The position numbers and the translations under genes are program-made. Under the pieces are notes generated by a model. It made no database searches and had not been told where the DNA came from. It saw only the letters and a program-made list of their open reading frames with translations. Below are positions 1 through 9,094 of a DNA stretch of 33,939 bases, in pieces. The stretch comes from Luteolibacter sp. Its GTDB lineage: Bacteria > Verrucomicrobiota > Verrucomicrobiia > Verrucomicrobiales > Akkermansiaceae. The stretch is taken from NCBI GenBank assembly GCA_044373865.1, contig JBILPN010000001.1, positions 1 to 33,939 on the forward strand, read 5' to 3'. The number at the start of each line of letters is the position of its first letter. Positions within the stretch are counted from its first letter, which is position 1.

Positions 1-501
1 ATCTTCGTTGCGGTCGATGTCGTTGGTGATTCTGCCATCGCCATTCACGTCGTAGCCGACCTGGTCATCGTATCCCACGCAGGTGATGCCGTGGCCGTAA
101 CCGCTGGGACCCCAGCGGATCCAGAGGTCATCGCCCGCCAGATGTTCTCCCTCGGGAATCGTCATCGTGACCGTTTTCATCTCACCCATCCGCCCGTCCA
201 GCGCCAGCAATCCGCCGGCGGATTCGTGGTCTCGTCCGGGTTGATTGCGATCGAAGAGCCAGCCGCGGGCCTCATTGATTTGTGAGACGGTGACCGCCGG
301 GGTGTAACGGTAGCCGGCGACCCGATACTCCATCGCCTCGCGCCAGGTATTGTAGTCTTTTCCCATCGAAGGAGGTCGGGAAAATGGCCTGGGATAGGCG
401 GCCTGTGCGGGGCGGTCGACATCGTCCGCCATGAGCGTGGCCATCGGACTGGACAAGAGGATGCAGACAGCGAGGGAAACCTGGAGGGCAAGCGAAGTCA
501 T
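1..501 (-). CDS. Host secreted protein with C-terminal half of a papain-like (C1) peptidase fold; runs off the left edge
   Basis: Manually translated (absent from ORF track): MTSLALQVSLAVCILLSSPMATLMA... signal-like N-terminus, then GHGITCVGYDD (catalytic-His region of C1 proteases) and DVNGDGRITNDID Ca-loop-like motif; in-frame upstream stop at 568-570. Confidence 0.6.
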   Translation of the reverse strand, partial: MTSLALQVSLAVCILLSSPMATLMADDVDRPAQAAYPRPFSRPPSMGKDYNTWREAMEYRVAGYRYTPAVTVSQINEARGWLFDRNQPGRDHESAGGLLALDGRMGEMKTVTMTIPEGEHLAGDDLWIRWGPSGYGHGITCVGYDDQVGYDVNGDGRITNDIDRNED

Positions 502-590
502 GAGTGAGGTTTGCGGGTGCGGTGGTCGGGCGATTCCATCGGACCGGTTTCTATCGGAAGGGCGAAGTCAAGAAGTCGGTAACCCGTCGC

Positions 591-627
591 CAGACTTTAG
601 AAAACTCCTCCGACAGATTGGAAAAGT
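591..627 (+). repeat. Left-end transposase-binding-like sites (2 copies, 21 bp period)
   Basis: TTAGAAAACT (597-606) and GACAGATTGGAAAAGT (612-627); the latter matches the reverse complement of 31823-31838 at 14/16. Confidence 0.75.
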
Positions 628-691
628 CGCCATTTGATCGCCAATCCGCAGATCCCTTGCACATCCCATGCAGAACACCTGCAGCTTGCCC

Positions 692-2071
692 TCAACCCCA
701 CACCAGCGTCCCGCTGAAAACCTGCTCGATGCCACCGGCCCCGTCCGAGATTGCCAGGGGAAACCGGAAGACGCCGCTGCCGCTGGCAGGCATTGTCGTC
801 GCGAGAAACGGACCCGCCACGCTGGTGAGCAGCCCGGCCGTCTCCGTCAGTTCGATGTAAACCACCCCTTCGCGTGGCGGCCTCGCGATGCGCCGCACCT
901 CGGCATACCAGACGGCGGTGGGTGTCTGGATGGCCCCGGCGGCCGTCACCCGGATCGCCCGGACGAACGTCGTGGCCGGCGTCGCGGTGGAGCCCGGGTG
1001 GATCGTCAGGGAGAGCGTCCCGCCGAGGCTGTAGGAGATGTCCAGCGTCGCCGGGCCGCTGCCGCCGCGTGGAGGAAACCAGTCCGCAAAGCAAACGATG
1101 TCCGCCTCGGTTTCGATCTCCCCATCCGCCCAGGCCTGCGCCAGATCCACTGTCACCACCTCGCTCCCGGCCGGGTCGGTGTCATCGCCGCTGTGGGTCA
1201 AATAGGTCCCCGCAAATCCCGTGCCGTAGCCTACCGACTCGCCCAGGAAGCGTGTCGTGTTGTCGAGATCCGGCGTCGCCGGCCACGAGTAGGTGAGCGT
1301 CAGGATCCCGAATGGATTCGCCTCCGGCAGATCCGCCAAGTCCTCCTGCTCCGGCTCCTGCGGATTGTAGAAATACGCGCTCGCCTCGGCGACGTAGGTG
1401 CCGTCCGGGTCGTATTGCGATCCGGCCACCCGCGTCGCCACCCGCGTCGCCTGGTAAAACATCCGTGCCTCGCCGGTTGCGAGCACCAGGATCGTCCAAT
1501 CCGCATTCGCCACCGACACGTAATTGACCGTGTCCACCGCCTCGAAAACCCCGCCCATCGCCGTGCCTTCGGAGATGGAAACCTCCGCATCCGGCGGCAG
1601 CGGTCCAGGGGCTCCTTGCTCCTCCGCGAGCGCCACCGTGAAGGCCGCGGTCGCGTTGTAGGTGGCCGCGCCGTAAGTCGTGGAAGGGTAGTTCCCCACC
1701 GGGGCGGTGCCGCCGGTGGAGAGGATCGCCACCACGTTGGTGGCGTCCGAAATCGTCGCCGCGCTCGGCCCGGTAACGACCAGCCGCAAGCCGCCCAGCC
1801 GCCACTCGCCCGGCCGCTCCGCGCGCCAGAATCCCGCCGCTGTCGCCAGCCCGGAGCCCAGCAGATTGCGCGTGCTGCCGCCGACGAAATCCGCGTCCGC
1901 CGAGCTCGCCGCCGGGGCTGCCGCCAGATACTCCCGAGCCGCCGCGCCATGCCCGAACGCCACGCCCTGGCCGGTCCGGAAAATCGCCCCCGTCAGCCGG
2001 TCGATCACGATGCCGTCCATCACGTTGAGGTTGCCCTCGATGTCGGCGTAAACTTGGTAGGGTTGGCTCAT
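692..2071 (-). CDS. Distal tail/virion protein (459 aa)
   Basis: Last gene of late operon, A/T/G-rich beta-type composition, 2 bp from upstream gene; function by position only. Confidence 0.6.
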   Translation of the reverse strand: MSQPYQVYADIEGNLNVMDGIVIDRLTGAIFRTGQGVAFGHGAAAREYLAAAPAASSADADFVGGSTRNLLGSGLATAAGFWRAERPGEWRLGGLRLVVTGPSAATISDATNVVAILSTGGTAPVGNYPSTTYGAATYNATAAFTVALAEEQGAPGPLPPDAEVSISEGTAMGGVFEAVDTVNYVSVANADWTILVLATGEARMFYQATRVATRVAGSQYDPDGTYVAEASAYFYNPQEPEQEDLADLPEANPFGILTLTYSWPATPDLDNTTRFLGESVGYGTGFAGTYLTHSGDDTDPAGSEVVTVDLAQAWADGEIETEADIVCFADWFPPRGGSGPATLDISYSLGGTLSLTIHPGSTATPATTFVRAIRVTAAGAIQTPTAVWYAEVRRIARPPREGVVYIELTETAGLLTSVAGPFLATTMPASGSGVFRFPLAISDGAGGIEQVFSGTLVWG

Positions 2072-2073
2072 AA

Positions 2074-3834
2074 TTAAATCTCCACGATCACGTCTTGCGG
2101 CGAGCTCGGCACCCGCCCCATGGCGGTCCCGAGATCGATCCGCGCCGGCGCTCCCAGCGCATGCACCGCGCGCTGGCGCAGCAGGTCATAGGTCAGCGAT
2201 TTTTGCAGCGCGCGCATGCTCGCGCACTCGCTCACCGTGCCCACCACATTGATCGCCCGGCCGAGCAGATTCGAGCCGTTGACCGCGTCCTTGGCCACCG
2301 GCACCTGGCCTTCCCACGGCAGCCAATCCTGGGCCACCCGCAGCCCCGCCGCCATGCCCGCCGGCGGTTGGATGAAATCGTAATCCCAGGCCTTGTAGAC
2401 CTTGGTGGCGGCGGTCCACGGCGGGTTCTGCGGCAGCCCGGAAACCGACTTGATCAGCACCCCCGGCACCGTGAATTGCCGCGCCGCCCAGTCCACCCGA
2501 TAGTCCGCAAATCCCCACCCGCCCGGCGGCATCGCGCCGCCGTAGGGCTGCTCGTTTTCCCACGAGTTCGAGGCCACTGCGAAGGCCCCGGTGCGCAGCT
2601 CCTTGAACGCGCTCGACCAGGGCGTGCCCGGCCCTTGTTGCGAGTCCCGCCAGGTCGCCAGCCAGGTGCCGGAAACCGTCACTTTGATCCCGCCCCATTG
2701 CGCGATCGCCCAGGCCGGAAGGTCCTTCGACAGCACCAGGTAATACCCCGAGAAACTACTGATCACGCCGCCGTTGTCGCGCAGCACGCTCAGCCCCGGA
2801 AAGCGCTTGGTGTTCTTGGTTTTCTTGGTGCTCGATCCGGTATAATACGTGATCGAATCCGCCACCGATCCCGGCACATTGGCCTTGCCGTATTTCTTGC
2901 GCAGCCCGGCGATCACCGAATCATTGAGCAGGATGTGCGAGGTCGGGATCACCCCGGACTCGCCGGTCTGGATCGTCGCCGATTGCAGGTCATCGAGGGG
3001 TAAAAAGTCCACCACTTCCGGCCCGGCCAGCGTCACGATTTGCAACCTGCCCGTCGCCGCGGTGCCGCTGCCCTGCACCTGGAAGCGTGGCTTGCCGCTC
3101 GCCGGATTGCGGTCCATGAAATTGAGCTCCACCCGCTTGACGAGCAGGTCCTCGCGGGGTGCCAGCCGCAGCGATTTTTCCACCACGTCCGTGCCGAGGG
3201 TGTAGGTGAGATCCGGCATCGCATCCGCGCCGTTGCGCCGGGCGATTTTGAGCGTCGGCAGCTCGCCGGTGACGCCGTAGTCGAAGTAGCAGACCGCGTC
3301 CGGCACCCGTGCCAGCATCTGCGCCAGCGCGCGGGCGAGGGTCATGTTCGAGAGGGTGATTTGCGGCGTGTCCCACATCTCCGCGATCGGGCCGCGCCGC
3401 AGCGGCGCGCCGTTGGTGATCGCCCGGTCGATGAGGGCCGCGATCCGGGTTTTCAGGTCGCCGGTCGCCAGCACGTATTTCACCCGCTCCGCGACGTTGC
3501 CGGATGGATCGGTCTGGTTGGAGGTGAGGTAGATCTGGTTGAGCCACCACCACGGGCCGACGACTTTGACCGTCACCGCGCCGGGCGTGATACTCGGCCG
3601 CATGCAGTGGCCGCGGAACTTGCGGTCGCCGTCGAGGAACAGCTCCACCACCTGGCCGACCGCCGGGATGATGGTGCCGGCGCCGGCGGCGTTGTCCGTC
3701 GCCGCTGTCCAGGTAAACGTGTCCTCCGCCAGCGCTTGGAATTGCAGCTGCGCCGCCGAGATCCGCAGCGCGGCGAAGGGGCGCAGGGTGGCATTGAGCA
3801 CTTTGCCGGACTCTCCTTTGATTTCCCAGGGCAT
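2074..3834 (-). CDS. Tail tip/hub-like protein (586 aa)
   Basis: Immediately downstream of tape measure; N-terminal GQVVELFLDGDRKFRG pattern typical of hub/Tal-like proteins. Confidence 0.6.
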   Translation of the reverse strand: MPWEIKGESGKVLNATLRPFAALRISAAQLQFQALAEDTFTWTAATDNAAGAGTIIPAVGQVVELFLDGDRKFRGHCMRPSITPGAVTVKVVGPWWWLNQIYLTSNQTDPSGNVAERVKYVLATGDLKTRIAALIDRAITNGAPLRRGPIAEMWDTPQITLSNMTLARALAQMLARVPDAVCYFDYGVTGELPTLKIARRNGADAMPDLTYTLGTDVVEKSLRLAPREDLLVKRVELNFMDRNPASGKPRFQVQGSGTAATGRLQIVTLAGPEVVDFLPLDDLQSATIQTGESGVIPTSHILLNDSVIAGLRKKYGKANVPGSVADSITYYTGSSTKKTKNTKRFPGLSVLRDNGGVISSFSGYYLVLSKDLPAWAIAQWGGIKVTVSGTWLATWRDSQQGPGTPWSSAFKELRTGAFAVASNSWENEQPYGGAMPPGGWGFADYRVDWAARQFTVPGVLIKSVSGLPQNPPWTAATKVYKAWDYDFIQPPAGMAAGLRVAQDWLPWEGQVPVAKDAVNGSNLLGRAINVVGTVSECASMRALQKSLTYDLLRQRAVHALGAPARIDLGTAMGRVPSSPQDVIVEI

Positions 3835-3839
3835 GGCGG

Positions 3840-5315
3840 TTAGAAGTTGGTCGAGGTTGCCCAGGCGCGGGAGGCCTCTTCGATGGCTTGGATCCGTTGC
3901 AGCAGGCCCGGCAGGGTTTGTTGCAGCGCGGCCGTGGTGGTGGCGAGCGAGGTGAGCCCGGCGAGCACCTGCGTGTCGGCACTTTCCCGCGAGGCGCGGA
4001 GTTGGTTGATCGCATCGATCACCAGCGCCATTTCGTTGGGAGTGATCACCCCGTCGAGCAGCGCTTTTTGCAGGTCCGCCATCGCCTGGCGGGCGTTGCT
4101 GGAAATCTCTCCGCCCACCTCGGCGGCTTTCGCTTCGATGGCGGCGAGCGCCGTCTTCGCGGCGGCCGTTTGCGCCGCTGTTGCGGCCGTGGTCAGATCG
4201 CTGAGGTTGGCGTCGGTGGACGCCTCAATCGCGGTGAGCGCGAGCGTGTATTTCTGGCGCTGGGTTTCGAGGTCGAGGGCGGCGTTTTCCGCTTGGGTTA
4301 CGGCGGCCTTCTGATCGTTCGTCGCCTTGATGAACTCATCGCTATACTCGTCCCCCCGCGAGCGAAACTCGCCCAACAGGCTATCCGCTACTTGCAATGC
4401 CAGCTGCGCTTCCGCCGCCGTCACCTGGGCTTTCTGCAGCTCGCCCTGCAGTTGATCAATTTTGTTTTCCACGCCGGTGGCGAAGGCATTCGCCTCGGCC
4501 GCCGCCACGTTGCCGCCGGTGTTTTTGGCCAGGGTCACCGCCGCGTCCGCTTGGGCTTGCGAGGTGTCCCCCTGCGCCGCACGCAGTTCGTTGATCCGGT
4601 CCAACGCCCGGATCTGCCGTTCCAACTCTTCCGCCTGCTTTTGATAGACCGAGAGGATGAACTCCTCGCGCAGCTGGTTCTGCAGTTTGATCTGCTGGGC
4701 CGCCATGTAGAGCTTGGCCTCGGCGTTGCGCTTCACCGCATCCGCCAGGGACTGCTCCGCCGCCTCCATCTCGTCGTAGGCTTTGACCGCCATCGAGACG
4801 CCGATGCCAATGGCCACCGCGCCGACGCTGACCGCCGAGCCGATGCCGATGGGCAGGTTTGCCAGGCCGCCGGAGATTTTACCCAGCTGCAGGCCGCTTT
4901 GTTGGACGCTGCCGATCAATTGGGGAAACTGCTGGGAGAAGGCGGTGATTGCCGATTGGCCGCCCTGGACCTGCACCGCGAAGTCGGTGATCTGGAAGCC
5001 CGCTTGATTGACGAAGCCTCCGAGGTTTTTCACCTGCATGCCGGCGGGCTTGGCGGCATTCTCCACCCGTTTCACCTGGGCGACGAGCGGCTCGAGTTGC
5101 GCGCCGGAGTTGCCGGTCTTGGCCACCGCCTCGTCGAGATCGTAGAACGCGAACTCCGCCACCCGCGCCTTGTCCGCCGTGCCGAGCAGGAACTGGTCGG
5201 CCGTGGCCACCGAGACCGTGCCGTTGAGTTTTTTGACGGCGCTGTCCGCCTGGTCCACGGCGCGGGTGTCGGCGGTGGTCTTGATGTCGATGTTGATTTT
5301 TTGCGGATCGGCCAT
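3840..5315 (-). CDS. Tail tape measure protein (491 aa)
   Basis: Start reassigned to MADPQKINIDIK; lambda-type TMP motif QITDFAVQVQGGQSAITAFSQQFPQL; Ala/Gln-rich helical body. Confidence 0.88.
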   Translation of the reverse strand: MADPQKINIDIKTTADTRAVDQADSAVKKLNGTVSVATADQFLLGTADKARVAEFAFYDLDEAVAKTGNSGAQLEPLVAQVKRVENAAKPAGMQVKNLGGFVNQAGFQITDFAVQVQGGQSAITAFSQQFPQLIGSVQQSGLQLGKISGGLANLPIGIGSAVSVGAVAIGIGVSMAVKAYDEMEAAEQSLADAVKRNAEAKLYMAAQQIKLQNQLREEFILSVYQKQAEELERQIRALDRINELRAAQGDTSQAQADAAVTLAKNTGGNVAAAEANAFATGVENKIDQLQGELQKAQVTAAEAQLALQVADSLLGEFRSRGDEYSDEFIKATNDQKAAVTQAENAALDLETQRQKYTLALTAIEASTDANLSDLTTAATAAQTAAAKTALAAIEAKAAEVGGEISSNARQAMADLQKALLDGVITPNEMALVIDAINQLRASRESADTQVLAGLTSLATTTAALQQTLPGLLQRIQAIEEASRAWATSTNF

Positions 5316-5328
5316 GGCGGGGGAAGGG

Positions 5329-5769
5329 TTAGACGTAGGACAGGCCGGTGGCCACGATGTCCCATTGGCGGGACCAGCGCGCCTTGTTGGATTCGAGCAC
5401 CCGCAGCGGCGCATGGGCTTTGATGAAGCTGCTGCTCCACTGCCAGTATTTCCCCGGCGTGTGGCCTTGGATTTCGAGGCGCAGCGGCTTGCGGGTGAGC
5501 GCGCTCACGGCGATGAGCGATTGCATCGCATTCACCCGCGCGGTGAGGTCGAGGGATTCGGTGGTGTAGGTTTTCACCGCCAGGGCATAGCGCCGGATCC
5601 TGCCATCGCGCAGAAACAAATCCTCCGAGTCCACCGGCTCCACCTCCTCGCAGGTCGCTTGCAAGGTCCATGCCAGCTCCGCGTCGATCATCTGCCCATA
5701 GGCCAGAATTACCAACGGCGTGCCCGATGGATCAAAGGTGAGTTTCCAGTTGGAGGAGAGATAGTCCAC
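5329..5769 (-). CDS. Hypothetical tail protein (146 aa)
   Basis: Probable GTG start (VDYLSSNWKL), fills gap between depolymerase and TMP, phage-like codon use. Confidence 0.6.
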   Translation of the reverse strand: MDYLSSNWKLTFDPSGTPLVILAYGQMIDAELAWTLQATCEEVEPVDSEDLFLRDGRIRRYALAVKTYTTESLDLTARVNAMQSLIAVSALTRKPLRLEIQGHTPGKYWQWSSSFIKAHAPLRVLESNKARWSRQWDIVATGLSYV

Positions 5770-5794
5770 GGGGTTTGTTAGCGGGGCAGGGGCG

Positions 5795-8263
5795 TCATGG
5801 GAAAACCAGAATCGGAGCGGAGCGGAGAGCGAAAACAATATCGTTGGCCGCCGGGGTCGTGGTGCCATCTGTCACCGCAGCGATGTTGCAAAACGAATTG
5901 CCTGCGCTGCCTGATCCGGTGGGGCCATCAGTGACGGTGATGCGTGCGGCAGCGGGTGCCGGATTGGCGGCGGTGTTGCCGTTGACCGAGGTTGCGTAGA
6001 GTTCGATTTTTTGGAGTCCGTCGAATGCAATCGCGATGTCGTAAAACCGTGAGCGTGCTGGAGCATGGCCGAATTTGTGCCACGCCGACGCCTGCGGAGA
6101 TCCATTATGATAGACAAGCCGGATCGCCTGCTCGCCGCCATCCAATCCCAGCTCCCAGCCGATGCCGGGCGCGGTAAATGTGTTTGCATTGGCGAGAGTG
6201 GCAGCGGTGGGGCCGGCCATATACCAACGGATCGCACCGCTGACTGCCTGCCCCTGACCGCGCATACGAACCACCCATGCTTTTCCGAAATTGATACCGC
6301 CGGTGCCGTCAAAAGAATGGTCGTTAGACCAACCGCGCAGCAGCCGCACGTATGCCGAGCCGGTGGCGGTGGTCCCGGCGTTGACGTTGATTCCGTTGTC
6401 GTTAAAGTCCGCAACTGCGGCAGTCCCGCTGGCCGCCTTGGTGGTTTTCGCGTCGAGCGCATAGGTGAGCATGGACGCTTGCTGAGTGTTGAGCCATTGG
6501 CCGTAAAGTGCATCATACGGACCAAGCAAGGTTTGGATGGTAGAGTTAAAACTTTTCGGGCGGATTCTAACGCCGATTGTCCACGGCACATCTGACCGGG
6601 CGATGGCGATGATGCCTGTGGAGCTTGCTTGACTCAGGTAGCCAAGCGCAGAATCAAAGCGCGATCCAATGTCTGAGATGTCGAGCGTGAGCAGTTGCCG
6701 CTGGGCGTTCACATCGCGGTTTCCGGTGCCAGCAAATCGGCAGTTGGACATGACCACACGGGTGGTGTGCGCGGCGCGTGGGTCGGTCGAGGATGTAAAA
6801 CCAATCGCGGGGACCAGGTTGATGACAGCCCCGGTGTTCGCATCGTGAAAATTATGGATCGCAATGTCGGTAACGTTGGCATGGCCGTAGATCAGTGTTT
6901 GAGCAAGTGATGGGCTTTGCTGCCGCCCCCCGTCGATGATGATGCCGGAGATTTCCGGCAGGTTGACGTTGCCGGGAGAGGTTGAACGGTCGAATGATCC
7001 GCTATTGCCCTCCCACACGCACCCCAACACGGCGGGGCGACTGCCGAGGTATTGATTGTTGCGAAATGTCAGGCGGCGCACATGACTCTCGGTGTCGGTG
7101 CCTGCCCGGTAGTATTGCCAGGCGATGCCATCGGCTCCCGTGACGCTGCCGCTTGTATGCGTCGGTGCGACGGACGAGACAATAAGCGCGGCAGGTTGCG
7201 CGGCGTTACCCCATCCTCCATTCGTCATCCGGTAGATTTTCCCGGCAGAGACTACCGTGTCACCGAGGCCATAGCTGAATCCGCTCGCCCATGCCGCCCA
7301 CGCGCCGGAGGTGATGCGGCAGAAAAACCCGGTTTGACTGGCACGGTAAGCGTCAATGCAGTTACTGACGACCACGTCGGTCAGGTCTCCAATGCTGGTT
7401 CCGATGGTCACCCATTCCCGCGTGAGTAGCGCAATAGCATCGTCATGGCACTCGAAATAACAGCGTTCAATCGTCGCCCTTGTTCCAGAACCCATTTGAA
7501 TACCAACCTTTGCCCCCACGAAACGGCAGCGGGTAAAACTAACATCGGACCAGTCATGGATGTGGACACCAAAAAGGTTGGTTCCCATATCTGGGATTTG
7601 GAAATCCTCAACCGTCAAGCGATCCACCTTCACGAATGTTAGATTACCGCGCATTCCTGCGACGTTTGCGCCGGAAGTATCGGTCTGACCGTTCACCTTG
7701 AGCGTTAGACCTACGATGGAAATATCCGTGTCGCGTGTAAGCGTCCCGGCGTTTCTGTTAATCAACACCTCTCCATAGGTGGCGGTTTTTTTGAGGGCCG
7801 CACCATAGGCGTAGAGTCGGGTTTTACTGCCGATGGTGAGGGTAGCGTTGACGGAGTAATCACCTGCCCCGTCCAGCACGACCGTTCCACCGCCTGCGGC
7901 GTTGGCTGCATCGAGCGCAGCTTGGATCGCGATGACGTTTGCGGCTGCGGTGGCGGCGGGAGATGCGCCGTAGGTTGACGCATAGATGATTTTACCGAGT
8001 GCGGCTTGCAGCCCCGAGGTCTTCGCGATGGAAAACGTGCTGTCCGCGACACCCGAAAACAAGCCGGGGACGTTGACCAGCTCGTCGAGTTCCAGCGAGC
8101 GCAGCGCGCCGGCACCGGCGGCGACGCTGGCGTCGCGGATGAGGATCTTGTCGTTGGCCTTGTCCACGGCGGAGCCGAGGATGGCGGGAAGCGTGTCGAT
8201 GTTTTGCCCGAGCGCGGCGCAGGCCAGCAGCAGCGGGATGAGGGTATGGCGGAGGTGTTTCAT
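5795..8263 (-). CDS. Right-handed beta-helix (pectate-lyase/GH28-like) tailspike/depolymerase with signal-peptide-like N-terminus (822 aa)
   Basis: Start MKHLRHTLIPLLLACAALG-Q; YGA...AIQAALDAANAAGGGTVVL pectate_lyase_3-type opening; HDDAIAL motif; embedded CBM5/12-like AW...YGLGDTVVSAGKIY segment; lower GC from ~8000 leftwards. Confidence 0.82.
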   Translation of the reverse strand: MKHLRHTLIPLLLACAALGQNIDTLPAILGSAVDKANDKILIRDASVAAGAGALRSLELDELVNVPGLFSGVADSTFSIAKTSGLQAALGKIIYASTYGASPAATAAANVIAIQAALDAANAAGGGTVVLDGAGDYSVNATLTIGSKTRLYAYGAALKKTATYGEVLINRNAGTLTRDTDISIVGLTLKVNGQTDTSGANVAGMRGNLTFVKVDRLTVEDFQIPDMGTNLFGVHIHDWSDVSFTRCRFVGAKVGIQMGSGTRATIERCYFECHDDAIALLTREWVTIGTSIGDLTDVVVSNCIDAYRASQTGFFCRITSGAWAAWASGFSYGLGDTVVSAGKIYRMTNGGWGNAAQPAALIVSSVAPTHTSGSVTGADGIAWQYYRAGTDTESHVRRLTFRNNQYLGSRPAVLGCVWEGNSGSFDRSTSPGNVNLPEISGIIIDGGRQQSPSLAQTLIYGHANVTDIAIHNFHDANTGAVINLVPAIGFTSSTDPRAAHTTRVVMSNCRFAGTGNRDVNAQRQLLTLDISDIGSRFDSALGYLSQASSTGIIAIARSDVPWTIGVRIRPKSFNSTIQTLLGPYDALYGQWLNTQQASMLTYALDAKTTKAASGTAAVADFNDNGINVNAGTTATGSAYVRLLRGWSNDHSFDGTGGINFGKAWVVRMRGQGQAVSGAIRWYMAGPTAATLANANTFTAPGIGWELGLDGGEQAIRLVYHNGSPQASAWHKFGHAPARSRFYDIAIAFDGLQKIELYATSVNGNTAANPAPAAARITVTDGPTGSGSAGNSFCNIAAVTDGTTTPAANDIVFALRSAPILVFP

Positions 8264-8270
8264 GATTTCG

Positions 8271-9059
8271 TCAGGCGTCGGTGTTGGTGAGGATGGCGTC
8301 GTTGGTGTTGAGCAGCGGTGCGTAGTTGGAGTTATAGATCGCGTTGAGAGGCATGCCGAAGATCGGCGGCGGGGCGGATGGAGTGCCGCCGTCGATGGGC
8401 GGTGTGAAGATGGCACCGGGCGCAGCGGCCGGGGTCTCGCTGTCCGGTGGGGCGAAGATGGCTCCCGCAGCGTCCGGTGGCGTGCCTGCATCCGGCGGGG
8501 TGAAGATGCCACCCGCCGCGGCCGGCGCGGATCCGGATGAAGGCGGGCTGAAGATGGCCGGCGGATCGACCAGGGACGGCGTGCTGGTGAGCGCGGTGTA
8601 GGCCATCGCCCCGAGGATGCCGCTGCCGTTGGAACCGGCGGCCAGATCGATGACCAGATCGACGCCGAAGGGCAGCGAGGAAATCACCGCATCCGCCAGC
8701 TGGCTGGCGGTGGTCGCCGGCACGGCGGCACCGGGCGAGCCGGCCAGGGCGAGGTTGACCGTCAGCAGGCCGAGGGTGTAGCTGGTCGAGAAGGGCGCGG
8801 GGTTGTTGCCGTTGGACGGCACCACGTAGCGCACCGCCAGCGGCCCGTCCTCTTCGGGCAGGCGGAACCGCAGGTCGCGGTTGCCGCCGAAACTGGTCGT
8901 CAGATAGAGAAACCCGTCAGCCACCGCCGGCGGGGTGAACACCGCGCCGGGCGCGGCCGGGGTGCCGCCGCCCGCCGCCGGCAAGAAGATCGCCCCGGCA
9001 GCCGCAGGCGGGGATCCGGCGGAGGGCGGCGCGAAGATGGCGGGCGGGGCGGCGGGCAT
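8271..9059 (-). CDS. Pro/Ala-repeat virion-associated protein (262 aa)
   Basis: Eight 16-aa-period xxx(I/V)FxxP (mostly FxPP) repeats (3+5) around a ~110-aa globular domain; between tail tube and depolymerase. Confidence 0.7.
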   Translation of the reverse strand: MPAAPPAIFAPPSAGSPPAAAGAIFLPAAGGGTPAAPGAVFTPPAVADGFLYLTTSFGGNRDLRFRLPEEDGPLAVRYVVPSNGNNPAPFSTSYTLGLLTVNLALAGSPGAAVPATTASQLADAVISSLPFGVDLVIDLAAGSNGSGILGAMAYTALTSTPSLVDPPAIFSPPSSGSAPAAAGGIFTPPDAGTPPDAAGAIFAPPDSETPAAAPGAIFTPPIDGGTPSAPPPIFGMPLNAIYNSNYAPLLNTNDAILTNTDA

Positions 9060-9094
9060 GGCGGTGGTGGGTTAGGGGCTGGCGGCGGCGGCGA

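Noticed and set aside
549-572. TTGACT...TAGAAA promoter for the left host gene (minus strand)
   Set aside because: 12-bp spacing and weak -10; not supportable
5448-5455. GGGGAAAT on minus strand upstream of TMP as a tail-chaperone frameshift site
   Set aside because: Phase is GGG-AAA, not G-GGA-AAN; the -1 frame product overlaps TMP and looks like shadow sequence
8264-8512. Upstream extension of depolymerase ORF that would make the signal peptide internal
   Set aside because: Extension overlaps the repeat gene in another frame and is Pro/Arg/Ser junk; ATG 8263 lies 7 bp after the upstream stop
5795-9059. Diversity-generating retroelement or invertible host-range cassette
   Set aside because: No reverse transcriptase, TR/VR pair, invertase or flanking inverted sites seen
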